NCBI GenBank assembly: GCA_905178155.1
Contig: CAJINV010000004.1
Coordinates: forward strand, 4,272,518 to 4,336,517
Direction of reading: 5' to 3'
Origin: Amoebophrya sp. A120
Lineage: Eukaryota; Protista; Dinoflagellata
DNA length: 64,000 nucleotides
Every line of letters starts with the position of its first letter. The stretch's first letter is position 1. Both the position numbers and the translations under genes were made by a program. Positions 38,301-49,498 of this stretch are shown here, piece after piece. The notes beneath the pieces were generated by a model. That model ran no database searches, was not told where the DNA came from, and saw nothing but the letters and a program-made list of their open reading frames with translations.

Positions 38301-39373
38301 AGATACTCGAGGACCGGTGGCGGCAAGTAAAAGAATTTTCGCTCTACAACCTGCTGGTCAACGGTACGGAGGGAAAAGCGATATTGGCGTACTGATAATT
38401 TTTCTGGAATTTTCGTTCTGATGTTGCCTTGCGTGTGCTGTTTGATCGTCGAATGATCTACATTTTTCACGACCTGTTGTAGTTCATCATCATGATCCGT
38501 GGTCACGGTGCATGTGCTTCTGTTTGTGTTGAACAAGAACCGATTTATCAAAATCATGCGCCGTATGTAAAACATAAACAAAATCTCACGACGTGCTTCA
38601 ACAGAAACCGCAAATGGTCTCCGGAACAGAGTTTCCAGAAGCTTCTTGCTTTAGCCGATACGTCGCTCGACAAGATCACCGACAGTCTGGACCGAGACAG
38701 TGTGGTGAGCCGCGACCTGTTGATTCCCTACTTCTGCTACGAACTCTTACTAGACAACGTAAAGCTGCGGAATATGAACTGCAGCAAAAGTATCGTACTC
38801 GTAGAAATGCATGACAAATCTTTTCAGCATGAGAAACAGAATTTGTAATGCGGATTTACCTTAAGAAAAAGATTTGTAATGCATGATCGCAATTACGAGT
38901 GCGATACTTTTGCACAGGATACGGAAAATTGCGAACCAATACCAGCTGCGGGTCCTGTTGATTCACCGCGGAAAGTATGCATTGCAAATATCCCTGGATG
39001 TCTGGTGGAAGAATGCAACTTGTGATGCTGCATTTGGACTCCAAAAAAATCTGCATTGCATGAGCGGCAAAGGGAGTGTAATTGTTGCTACGGGAAAAGG
39101 GCACTTGTCATGCGGAATAGGCATCAAGAAGCCCTCAAAAAATCTCTGATGCTAGGGCATGCATCACAGACATCATGGCTCATGCAAAACTTGCATGACA
39201 AGTCTCGGAATCTTCTTCCAGACCCAGACATTTTTGCATTTGATAGAAAGAACCTGCTGACCGACCCGGAAGCCGAGCTTCCGGCGGGCGAGGGTCTCTT
39301 CACCGGTGCCGGGGCGCCGTTAGGTGAGGGGGCGCAGAAGAAAAGTGGAATCTTCGGGTCCCTGTTTTCCTGA
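35355..39373 (+). CDS. RCC1-repeat (beta-propeller) protein with a helical/coiled-coil C-terminal half
   Basis: Repeats GDGFMLALTESGQVMAWGASKSGCLGLG, GEKHILARTDKGELFAWGQNSMGQLGIG and GSSSFALSTAGEVYAWGSNAEFALGL. The frame is restored across seven TIR inserts and two GT-AG introns. Confidence 0.85.
35728..35877. mobile_element. Introner, family B
   Basis: Family-B TIRs; TSD gaagg. Confidence 0.93.
36427..36693. mobile_element. Introner, family A
   Basis: Family-A TIRs; TSD gtacg. Confidence 0.93.
36876..37097. mobile_element. Introner, family C
   Basis: Family-C TIRs; degenerate TSD ggtaa/ggcga. Confidence 0.9.
37215..37487. mobile_element. Introner, family A
   Basis: Family-A TIRs (left one degenerate); TSD ggagc/gaagc. 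Confidence 0.9.
38061..38210. mobile_element. Introner, family B
   Basis: TACGCATTGCAAAACTATCGTAC..GCAATGCATA; TSD tggcg. Confidence 0.92.
38773..38921. mobile_element. Introner, family B
   Basis: Family-B TIRs; TSD cggaa. Confidence 0.92.
38976..39245. mobile_element. Introner, family A
   Basis: Family-A TIRs; TSD gaaag. Confidence 0.92.
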
Positions 39374-40356
39374 TAGAAGAAGTGAGGATTTTTTTTGTAT
39401 GATTGAAAAAGAAAAAGACCTGCCGCCGACGACGGAAGAAATCGCGGTCACGCAGATGAAACCCTTTTGCTTTTCTTTTCCTAGATGTAATTACATCAAG
39501 TCGTGGGCTAGTATTAAACACGCAATTATCCCGGCGTCAACGCATGCAGGAAGGTATCCGCTGCGCGGCCGTGAAGGCATGATGCACAAACTGTGTAGAT
39601 ACTTCTGAGCCTGCAGCCTGTTCTTCTGCCCATTTTCCTTTTTTTCGTGTCAGAAATAAATCTGGATGAATCGGTTTCGCTTTGCGGTATGTTCTATTGA
39701 ATAAATTTGTGAGCGCTGGCGGAGCTTCTGCTTTGTTACAGGGGTCATAAAACCGAGTGCCGTCAAACTTAGGGAAGTGTTATCGTCTCCCGTCGCTTTT
39801 CCTTCAAGCACTTCGTACACAGCACGAAGCTTATAAGTACTTCCCTGCTCCCTCCTTTCCTCAAAAAGTAAAAGAGAACATCTGGACGGTCGTGCGAGAA
39901 GTACGTCTTAGCGTCAAGAATGATGAATGGAAGAATTCTCGGTTTTTCTCGACGTCAGGTATTCGTATTGTATCATTGACATCATTGAGGTCCCTGCTGT
40001 CCACACGAACGTAATAAATCATTCCAACGTGGGCTCGTCTTCGTTTCTCTTTCATCTTCATGAAAAGAAATCTGTAGCTCACCGTTGAATTTCGGCGTAT
40101 GTTTTTTTTCGCCAAGAACCATATTCCTGACGACCATGACGTTGGCCCCAATAAATGCCAACAATCAAAATGTACAAGCGTCATGTAGCAGGATGTTTTT
40201 TTCGTGACCGTCGACGACGTAAAGTGGCGCAATCTTTGGGGGGCTGTGGGTAAATCCAAAATGGACGTACTACAACAAAACAATTAGGCACGAATAAACT
40301 CAAACAAAGAGGAGAAAGTATTTGTATAGCGGTCTCTCCAATACAACTCTCCGAAA

Positions 40357-43300
40357 ATGGCGGGCGGCAGTTTCGGCGGGATTTTCAAGCTGGCGGTGTT
40401 CATCATCTCGATCTGGTTTGCCGGGAAGCTGAGTAAACTCGCCGGTTTGTCGCCCATCATCATGGAGATCGCAACCGGGATGCTGCTTGGGCCCCAGGTT
40501 TTCAACCTGTTACCAGAAGAGTACACGGAATGCGCCTACCAGGACCAGCGAAACCTGTGCACAATATCCTGTGCAAAAGTATCGTACTCGTATAAAAAAT
40601 GCAAGTCTTGCATTGCAAATCTTGTTCCCAAGGCAAATCCGCAGTACAAATTTTATTTCTCATGCTGAGAAATTTGTAAATACATATACATTTATACGAG
40701 TACGATGCTTTTGGTTTTGCAATGCATACACCATGATGGACTACCAGAATATCGCCACGTATTCCAACCCCAATTACTTCGTGATCGGCGAGAACATAGC
40801 GAATCGGGTATTGAACGAAAAGGGACAGGACAAGTGCGGATCCCCTTTGACCTACAGTAGTGCAACTGCCCCCTGTAAGCAAGAAAAAAACACTATCACA
40901 ATCACTTTTGCACATTTTTGCAATACAAAAATTTTTGTCATGCGCAAAAATGCATCACAGTCAAGAGCTACAGGCGATTCCCCTTTGTGTTTTTCCAATA
41001 CAAGAAAAGTTTGTCATGCGAGAAAAATTTCTGATGCAAAACCTCCTAAGTGTGATTGTGATGGTGTTTTTTCTTGGATACCCTGGAAGGGGGACTACGA
41101 CACCTACAATGACTGCATGGAGTTTTACTGCACCAAGTACTACGACGGGAAGTGTATATCAAATGCAAAAATGTCTGGGTCTGGGAGATTGCGAGATTTG
41201 TCATGCTTGTCTGGCATGACGCTGAACTCTGTGTTGCATGGCCGCGAAGAGCTCCTCCTCCCTGTCATGCAAAAACGCAGTTTCTCATGTGGAGTACGCA
41301 ACTCAGAGCCATGGAAAAAACTTGTCATGCTTAGCAGCGCATTATAGTGAATGCACTATTTTTGCCTTTCTTGCATCACAAGTTTCCAGACCCAGACACT
41401 TTTGCAATTCATAGCGCAACTCGCGACCCAACATTTTCACGCTGCTCGGGCACTTTGGCGTTAGTTTGATGATTTTTGAGTCCGGCATGCATTTCCACTT
41501 TCCCATGCTGCACATCGTCGGCCCCATCGGGTCCGTAATCGCCTTCCTCGGGACCTTCGGCCCCATCGGCATGGGGATCGTCATGACGCTATCAAAAGGA
41601 AAAATCCCCCCTCCCCATATCAAAACGGAAATCTGTGATGCAGATTTGTTGTCACAGATCAGCTTTGTCATGCTACACGGGAAAAGATGCGGACTGCAGT
41701 GCTGGGTGGCGTGGGGGAGCCTTGCATCTTCAGCATGATAGGAGGCAGCTGAGAGTGGCAAACAGCATGACAAATTGCCTGCAAACGAGACCACGACTGC
41801 GGCTCTTGGCCTTCTAGCGTGACAAGTCGATTTGGTACCTCAAATCCTGCATCACAGATTTCCATTTCGATATGGGGAGGGGGGATTTTTCCGTTTGATA
41901 GACGCTGCTCTACGGCGGGCTGTTTGACGGCCTGGAGATTCAGGGCGACGCGGCCCCGACCATTATGAAAGCGTCAGAATTGAAATCGTCAAAGTTGAAA
42001 TACTTTGCGATGCATAAAATGCTAGACTCAAAGTGCCTGTCTTGCAGAGCAGGCAACTGAGGCCGATTATAATCCTGTTTGGGGTGTCAGATAGAGCTGC
42101 TAAAATAGCATGGCAAAAGCAGTCTTCTCTGCCCAAACAGCATGACAAATTGGATTCCCATGCTTCCAAAATTTGTCATGCGCCACTTGCAAACTGGGCT
42201 CCAGCTGGTATCCTTGCTTTTTTGCATTACAGATTATTTCAACTTTGATGATTTCGATCCTGACACCCCCATAACCATGTTCATGACCGGATTAACGGTC
42301 GGTGTGGCAATGGCGCCAACTTCCGTCGGCATCGCACTCGCGTTGCTAACCGCCGCGAAGAGGCTGGATAGCAAGTTCGGACAGACCATCATTTGCGCGG
42401 CCTTCCTGGACGACATTCTGTCGCTCATAGCCTTCTCCCTGCTCTTCAAAATTAACGAGGACGGGGTTTCGGTATGATAAAGATCTACGTAAACATTTTT
42501 TTGATTTCGCTGTCCTCGGATCGTACGGATCATGGATGTTCTTGTGGACACTGCATATAAGAAGCTAGGAAGCTGCTACTTCTGATGATGTGTGCTGGAA
42601 GCTCTCACACGAAACTGAAACACAGCTGACTGACACTGATTCACTATGTAAATGTGTCATTTTCACTATCACCATTTGGCAAATGGTATTTTTGAAAATG
42701 TTGAAACAGGTCGAGGCCTTCTTCCCCCTAATTTTCGGCGTGATCTTCCTTCTCTTCGGGGGGTACCTGGCGATGCACACGATTCCGGACCTGTGTGACA
42801 AGGTGTTCGACAAAATCCGTGCCAGATACGCCGACCAGGAGAATTCTAGTGTCAGCTCCCCCTCCCCGGACGAGGCCAACGGGTTCTTGATAGACCAGCA
42901 CCAGAAGGAGGGCAGCCACAGCGCGCCCCCTTTTGAGGCGCCGGAAGGGGAGCTAGAGCGGGTGACGGAGCAGGTCCGGGAGACCGGTGTGGAGACCATA
43001 GTAGACGACGATGCAGCAGGACCAGGAGCTACTCCAGGTGGAGCAAGTGGCGGTGCGTCTAGTAGCAGCAACCCTAACCCTATCAAACAAAAAAAGTTTG
43101 TCACGATCACTCATGCGCATTTTTGCAATACAAAGCTTTCTGTCATGCGTAAAAATGCATCACAGCTAAACTCCATCGGGGATTTCCCTACTAGTGATTC
43201 TGCAATACAAGGAAAATTTGTGATGCTAAGAAAATTTGTAATGCAAAAGCTGCAAGTTAGTGACTGTGACTGTGACTGTGACAAACTTTTTTCTCTCCAT

Positions 43301-46300
43301 AAACCCACCTCCCCGGGGGATTTTGAGCACAAGTAACAAAGGAACATTATCCTGAGTAAAAACGTACCCACACCAGAGTTGTAATGCAGATTTGCAAAGA
43401 CAGGAAGACTTGTAATGCGCATCCCCATGAGAGCCATTTCCAGTCGTGTTTTGGAATTTGTGATGCTGTGAACAGGATGAGCAGCTGGATTTGTGATGCG
43501 GCTGCACTTGCTAATCTGCACTACACTGCAGAGCGCAACTTGTCATGCGTGACTCACAAAACTCCTAGGTTTGTGTTGCAAAATCCCCATCCTGACTCTG
43601 GTGTGGGTACGTTTTTACACAGGATAAACATCGAGCAAAGTTCTTGGACAACTAGATAACGACAAGAAGTACGACGCCGACGGAAATTTGGTGATCGAGC
43701 AGGACGACGGTCAGGACGAGGGCGACGTGCCCGAACTCATACCGAAACACAACAGCAGCGCGAGCCTGTCGCCGGACGCCCCGCAGAGCGCACGGGACGC
43801 GGTGCGGGCGATCAAGACCGTGCATTTGACCTTCATGGTGGCGCTGCTCGTGTTCTACTCCTTAAGAATTGCAAAAGTATCGTACTAGTAGCAATTGCAC
43901 CAGTAGATCTCATCCGCGATACACCCGCCATCCTGCTACCGTACGCAGCAGCTCCGAACACGATCGAGCTACACCAGTACCTCAGCGTGACAAATGGAAT
44001 TTCTCATGCTGATTCACCTTGGGAACGAACTTTGTAATGCATAAATGCAATTACTACGAGTACGATACTTTTGCACAGAATACCCCTGGCTCACCGACAA
44101 GTTCGGGTCGCACCTGTGGGGCTGCTTTATGGCCGGTATGAGTTTTTCCAACGTGCCCTATCAAATGTAAAAATGTCTGGGTCTGGAAGAGTCGGGGCTC
44201 GTCATGCACATTTTGCATGACCCGTGAGGTCTGTGATGCTGGTGCTAGCAACACAGATTTTTTGAGAGCCTTTTGATGCTTGTTACGCATGAGAAACGCC
44301 CTCTCCGCGTGCCAAGAGCCGAGTCCTCTTGCTGCTCATGCAACACAGATAATTTTAGAATCCGTAGACAGCATTACAAGTTCCACTCTTCCAGACCCAG
44401 ACACATTTGCAATCCATATGCCCGGGTCCGCGCTGATATGGTCCTCGCAAACGAAGCGGCTGAACGCCTGGATGATGCGGATTTTTTTCAGCTGCACGGT
44501 CGGGTTCGCGATTCCCATCAAGGCGCTGCTGGACGGCGTGAATCTGGGGCTGGGTGTCTTGCTTGGGATCTTCGCGTGCATTTTACCGAAACTGCTGTGC
44601 GCGTTCTGGGACAAGCAGGACCGGTATGACAGTGCACAACTCCCCCTCCCCCTGATTTGCGTTGCATGAACAGCAACGCAAGCGCTGGCAAAGAGAAAGA
44701 TGCAGCTTTTGCATGACAAATTCCTAGAAGACTGTAGTGCTGTTTTGGATTCCCGAATCTGTCATGCAAAGGCAAACATTTGTAACAGGCAAAGGGTGGA
44801 TTTGGGAATTTGCATGACAAATGAGGGGGGGGGACGAGTTGTGCATTGTCATAGCCGATTCGTGATCGGCTGGGCCATGGTCGGTCGTGCGGAATTCGCC
44901 TACCTCATCGCGGTATGCACTGTAAAAGTATCGCACTAGTACTAGTTGCAGTTATGCATTACAAATTTCTTCTTCAAGCTAAATCAGCATGACAAATAAT
45001 TCCATTTGTCATGCTGAGCTAATTTGTATTGCAATACTACGAGTTTAGACAAGGAAAATCGCAGAAGTTCATCAAAAATCGAACACCCCCCTGCCCGGGG
45101 CTCCCGGGGAATATAGTTGATTTGTGTGGGCCCCAACCATCGCGCATTTCCCCCCAGCGGAGCCCGCCCCACCATCCCATGCCGCTGGCATGCGTGTCGC
45201 TTTTAGTTCTCACGCCTGCGCATGTACTAGCCGACGCGATCCCAACATTTGCTCTGCAGCCTTGCTCCGGTTCAAAGGAGGACGCCTATGACAGAACAGC
45301 TCGAAGGGGTTCGAAGATGGCGCGCTTTCGAAATCAGCGCCATTGTTCCGAAAGCGTTCCCGGGTCCTATTTTTTGTCCTGTCGCAGGGCAGAGCGCTTC
45401 CACTTTCTCACTTGAATCTCTCGCGCAGCTCGAAATATGTAAAGCAGCGCCAGTACATTCACCAGCAGAACCACCCAAAGCGCCAGGAGCAAACGGGCAC
45501 CCGCCCAGCCTGCGTCCCAGCCCCGGCCCGGTTGCCGGACGCGCCGGGCGCATGCGCTTTCGAAAGCGCCGCGCCTCCGTCGGAAATCGGCGGCAAGGCC
45601 GGCCGCGGTGCCAGTGGCCTGGGCCGATGCGATACGTTTTGCGGATGCGGCCTCCGCCCGATGACCGGAGGCGCCCCGACCGTCCCGTCTCCTGTTGTCG
45701 AAAGTTCTTGGCAGATGCAAAAGCGCGCGGCCTTGCGCCCGCCTTGGCTGCGAAGAACAGGCGGCGCGACGTTCTTTCTCCTAAAGGCCCTCGGCCGTGG
45801 GTGTCTTGGGGTGCGATTGTCTTTAAGACATAGCGGGCGCGAAGGCAGTAAAGCGAAGAAGGCGAGAAGAGAAGGTCGGGAGGATTTCTTGTCCGAAGGC
45901 GAAGTCGGGGGGGGCCCCCAGGGGGGTGCTCTAGGGGGGTACTTTTTTGGGCGCGGAATTCTTCAGTTTTAGGTGGGGGAAAGGCTTTCCAAGGGGGGTG
46001 CTTTTTGGGGGTGCTTTTTTTCGCAAAGAAGGGGGCCCCTTTGGCTGCCCGGCTGGGGCCCTCGGCGGCCGCGGAAGCAGCTTTTTTCGCTTTTGCGAAA
46101 CAAGAACGCCGGCGGCCCCGGAGCCAAGCCGGAGCTCGCCAAGCTGCCCCCCTTCGGACCGGCCGCCGCCCCGGCCGCCGGGCAAAAAAACCGATCGCAG
46201 CGAAGGCGGGCAAAAGGCCGCGCGCTTCTGCCTCTGCCGGAAACTTTCCAGACTGGGGCGAGACGTTCGGGCGGCCTCCGGCCATCGTGCGGAGGCCGCG

Positions 46301-48167
46301 CGCTCAAAGTGCATCGCACCGGGCCACGCCACTGACATCGTGGGCGGCCTCGCCGCCGACTTCCGACAGGCGCGCGGCACCTTCGGCGACGCCGGTGCCC
46401 GGCACTTCCGGCAGCCGGGCCGGGGCGGGGACAAAAACTGGGCGGCTGTTGGTTTGTTACTGGCGCTCTGGGGGGTTCTGCTGGTGAATATGATGGCGCT
46501 GCTCTACATTATCCGGGCTGTGCGAGCGATTCAGGCGGCAGGCTGGAAGGGTTCCGCGCTGTGACGGGACAAGAAACGGGGGCCGGGAACGTTTTCGGAA
46601 CAATGGGACTCATTTCAAAAGCGCACCACCTTCAAACCCCTTCGAGTTGTTCTCTCATAGGCGGGCGCCTTTGAACCGGAGCAAGGCTGCAGAGCAAATG
46701 TCGGGGGCGTTTTGCCTAGTACATGCGCAGGTGTGAGAACTAAAAGCGACACACTTGCCAGCGACAGTGCATGGCGGGGCGGGCTCCGCTGGTGGGAGAT
46801 GCAAGATGGTTGGGGCCCACACAAATCAACTATATTCCCCGGGAGCCCCGGGCAGGGGGGTGTTCGATTTTTGATGAACTTCTGCGATTTTCCTTGTCTA
46901 ACGAGTATGATACTTCTGCAGTGCATATGCGGAGATGGGCAAGGCCGCGCGGCTGATTGGCGACGACCTCTTCGCGCAGCTGATCTGGGCGCTGTATGAA
47001 ATGCAAAAATGTCTGGGTCTGGAAACTGGTGATGCAAAAATGTGCATGATGAAAACACTTCCAAATGCAGTCCGGCATGACAACTTCCCAAAACGCTTTC
47101 TCATAGGCAATCCGCATGAGAGACTGCGTTTTTGCATGACAAAAGAGGCTGCGACTTTTGTTGGTTATGCAATACAGATTTTCTAGGTGTGGAAAGCTAG
47201 CACTACAAGTTCCAACCTTCCAGACCCAGACATTTTTACAATCCATACGCTGCTGTGCGCGACGATCACAGCCCCCCTGGGGTTTTCCTACATGCTGCGC
47301 AAGAAGATTTTGCAGGGCGAGGAGGGCGCGGTACCGGAAGACGAGGCGGACCAGACCATCGCGCACACGCGGACCACCGAAGTTTTAGTCCACAGCGCCG
47401 ACCTGCACGCGAAGGCGGCCCACACCAAGGCCTCCGCCTTCCTGGGCGACCCCAACATCGGGGGCATGCTTTCGGACAGCAGTCTGGAGGGGAAGAACGC
47501 GCGCATCAACGTGGACGACGTCGAGATCATCGGCATCGGCGGCAGCACGCCGGGCGAAATGAGCCGGGAGGTGACGCCGGCGATGGGAGTCAACATCTCG
47601 AGCAAGGACCCGTCCCGGGGCACGCCGGTGTCGATCAGCGACCGGGGCGTCATGTCCGAAGCGGAGCTGACCGGCGGCGAGGAGTCGCAGGCAATGCGGC
47701 GGCAGGGCATATCAAATGCAAAAATGTTTGAGTCTGGAATGTTGCCGGGTTTGTCATGCGTATTTTGCTTGACCCAGGATGTCTGTAATGCACGTTTTAG
47801 CATCGCAGATTAGATTTTTAGTTTTAGAGGGTTTCCTGATGCCTACTCCGCATGGCAAATGCCCTCCCCGCGTAGCACATACTAGACTCCTCTCACTGGT
47901 CATGCAATACAAATTTTTTTTAGAGTCCAAAGCTAGCATCACAAGTTCCAACCTTCCAGACCCAGACACTTTTGCATTTGATAGGGCGGCATGGTGGGCA
48001 AGAAGCGCACGGACAGCAAGGGCCAACTGACGAGGTCGGGCACGTCTAGCTTTGTGCAGGCCTACATGCCCCACCAGCACTCCTCCATGTCCTACGTCGC
48101 GGCGGAACTGCGTCGGGAGCCGTCCACCGTGCTCGCACCCGCCTTTCAGGCCGCGCAGAAGAAATAG
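40357..48167 (+). CDS. Cation/H+ antiporter, CPA2 (Na_H_Exchanger) family
   Basis: Multi-TM protein with LSPIIMEIATGMLLGP, LGHFGVSLMIFESGM, APTSVGI..GQTIICAAFLDD, LWGCFMAGM, IFFSCTVGF and GWAMVGRAEFAYLIA motifs. Assembled across 13 TIR inserts and one GT-AG intron (42472-42709). Confidence 0.9.
40565..40728. mobile_element. Introner, family B
   Basis: Family-B TIRs; TSD cacaa/cacca. Confidence 0.92.
40876..41080. mobile_element. Introner, family F
   Basis: TAAGCAAGAAAAAAACACTATCACAATCAC..GTGATTGTGATGGTGTTTTTTCTTGGATA; TSD ccctg. Confidence 0.92.
41157..41413. mobile_element. Introner, family A (second subfamily, related to 61920-62175)
   Basis: Family-A TIRs; TSD gtgta/gcgca. Confidence 0.9.
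41590..41900. mobile_element. Introner, family G
   Basis: TATCAAAAGGAAAAATCCCCCCTCCCCATATC..GATATGGGGAGGGGGGATTTTTCCGTTTGATA; TSD gacgc. Confidence 0.95.
41964..42273. mobile_element. Introner, family H
   Basis: TATGAAAGCGTCAGAATTGAAATCGTCAAAGTTGAAATA..TATTTCAACTTTGATGATTTCGATCCTGACACCCCCATA; TSD accat. Confidence 0.92.
43081..43301. mobile_element. Introner, family F
   Basis: TATCAAACAAAAAAAGTTTGTCAC..GTGACAAACTTTTTTCTCTCCATA; TSD aaccc. Confidence 0.92.
43348..43626. mobile_element. Introner, family D
   Basis: TATCCTGAGTAAAAACGTACCCACACCAGAG TIR; TSD aacat. Confidence 0.95.
43863..44082. mobile_element. Introner, family B, with ~70 bp of extra internal sequence
   Basis: TAAGAATTGCAAAAGTATCGTAC..GTACGATACTTTTGCACAGAATA; TSD ctcct/cccct. 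Confidence 0.88.
44159..44418. mobile_element. Introner, family A (reverse orientation)
   Basis: Family-A TIRs; TSD tgccc. Confidence 0.93.
44625..44853. mobile_element. Introner, family C
   Basis: Family-C TIRs; TSD accgg/gccga. Confidence 0.9.
44914..46927. mobile_element. Introner, family B, expanded to 2.0 kb by a nested foldback element
   Basis: TATGCACTGTAAAAGTATCGCAC..GATACTTCTGCAGTGCATA; TSD cgcgg/tgcgg. The antiporter frame AYLIA|EMGK resumes after it. Confidence 0.9.
45045..46901. mobile_element. 1,857-bp foldback-type element with ~700-bp inverted arms
   Basis: TTAGACAAGGAAAATCGCAGAAG.. / ..CTTCTGCGATTTTCCTTGTCTAA. Arms ~45045-45755 and ~46195-46901 align; TSD cgagt. Confidence 0.93.
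46995..47247. mobile_element. Introner, family A
   Basis: Family-A TIRs; TSD cgctg. Confidence 0.93.
47710..47983. mobile_element. Introner, family A (reverse orientation)
   Basis: Family-A TIRs; TSD gggca/gggcg. Confidence 0.92.
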
Positions 48168-49498
48168 GGGAGCAGATCGACGGTCGTGGTCTTCCAATAG
48201 TGTACAACTGAAGACCTGTTTCCCGTCTATGTTATCATGTTTGTTCGATATTTCCTATAGTCAATGTCACCAGACAGTTCGTTGTGTCACTACAACTTTG
48301 AAACTTCTGAGATGAACTCAGATACCTACTCAAAACTGATTTGAGGATGAGGACATCAGAGTTTGCAAGAAGTTACAGCTCCTACACACACTTTCTCTAG
48401 ACAGGCGCAAAGATGACTTCTGGACCGAAAGAATCTTTTTTTAATGGTCTTGGTCAAATAAGGGATGTTCGTTTTTACGTATAGGTATCAGGTCGCAGTC
48501 GCACTAGCTTGTGCTTTGCGCAGGTCTAACGTTCGGAAACAAGACAGCGGTAGCAGAAAACTACAGGTATCAGTAATTATCAGAGTTTAACAGCAATTTT
48601 GAGGTCACTATTCAACACACAGAAAGCTGCTGCTAGCGGCTATCACACACGAGGATGGGGTGCCACTGGAGGGAGCGTCAGCCATCAACGGGGATGAGCC
48701 CTCCTTCTTTACGTATTACAGATTTGCTTACGTCGATGCACTATTCACTAGAAATCAATGACAGGCCAAAGCTACGGCAAATGCCCAATCAAGAAATGCA
48801 GTGTACAATTTCATTTTATTCTCCTTGACATAATGTTTTGTAGAATTTCAATTTCACTGATCTACCTTCTCGCATGAAAAAACGCGAGCGCTTATCGCAA
48901 TCTTTTTTTTTTGAGGTGGCTGTGTCTGTTTGAGCCACCTGTCGGAGTCGGATAAACTTGCATATGAACAAAAATTTTGGAAAAGGGCTGCTCAAAAAAA
49001 TTTGATTCTGAAGAGACTACCTCGCCGGTACTGGTGCAGGCAACAACGACCTCGTCCCCTGTAGTTCTGACGGTATCTTCTTCTATTGAAAGCTGAATGT
49101 TTGAAGCAGACGAGGCGTACGAGAGAAGTGGAAGTATCATCAAGAGAGAAATGAAATAATTTGACGATCGCATTTGCAAACAAAGAGAAGAAGGAGTGAA
49201 TGATTTTGAGTGGGGCATGCAAATCGTTGATGAACAATCTTCATGTACTCTGGAGTGCATCTGCAACTAGTCTCGTCGTGCTCGAGCATTTTCTTGAAAT
49301 CAATTTCAAAAGCGTGTTACTGGCTGGAGGTCTACTTCCCTTTCAATCAAAAGATGCGAGAGGATATTAGTTAGTTTCGTTACGATCGCAAGTTCGTACT
49401 ACATCAATTCGCGAGCTGCGCATACATCTGATGGAGCAGGCCTTTGGGCATTTAGTGCCTTCGTGATCTTGATATTCGCCTGCCCGAGAACTCTCCAG

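Noticed and set aside
48200-49450. Short ORFs in AT-richer spacers (also 16400-17400, 27300-28300, 39400-40300, 55050-55950)
   Set aside because: No coding-like composition or motifs. These are likely UTR or intergenic, and no tRNA, rRNA or snRNA was recognised.
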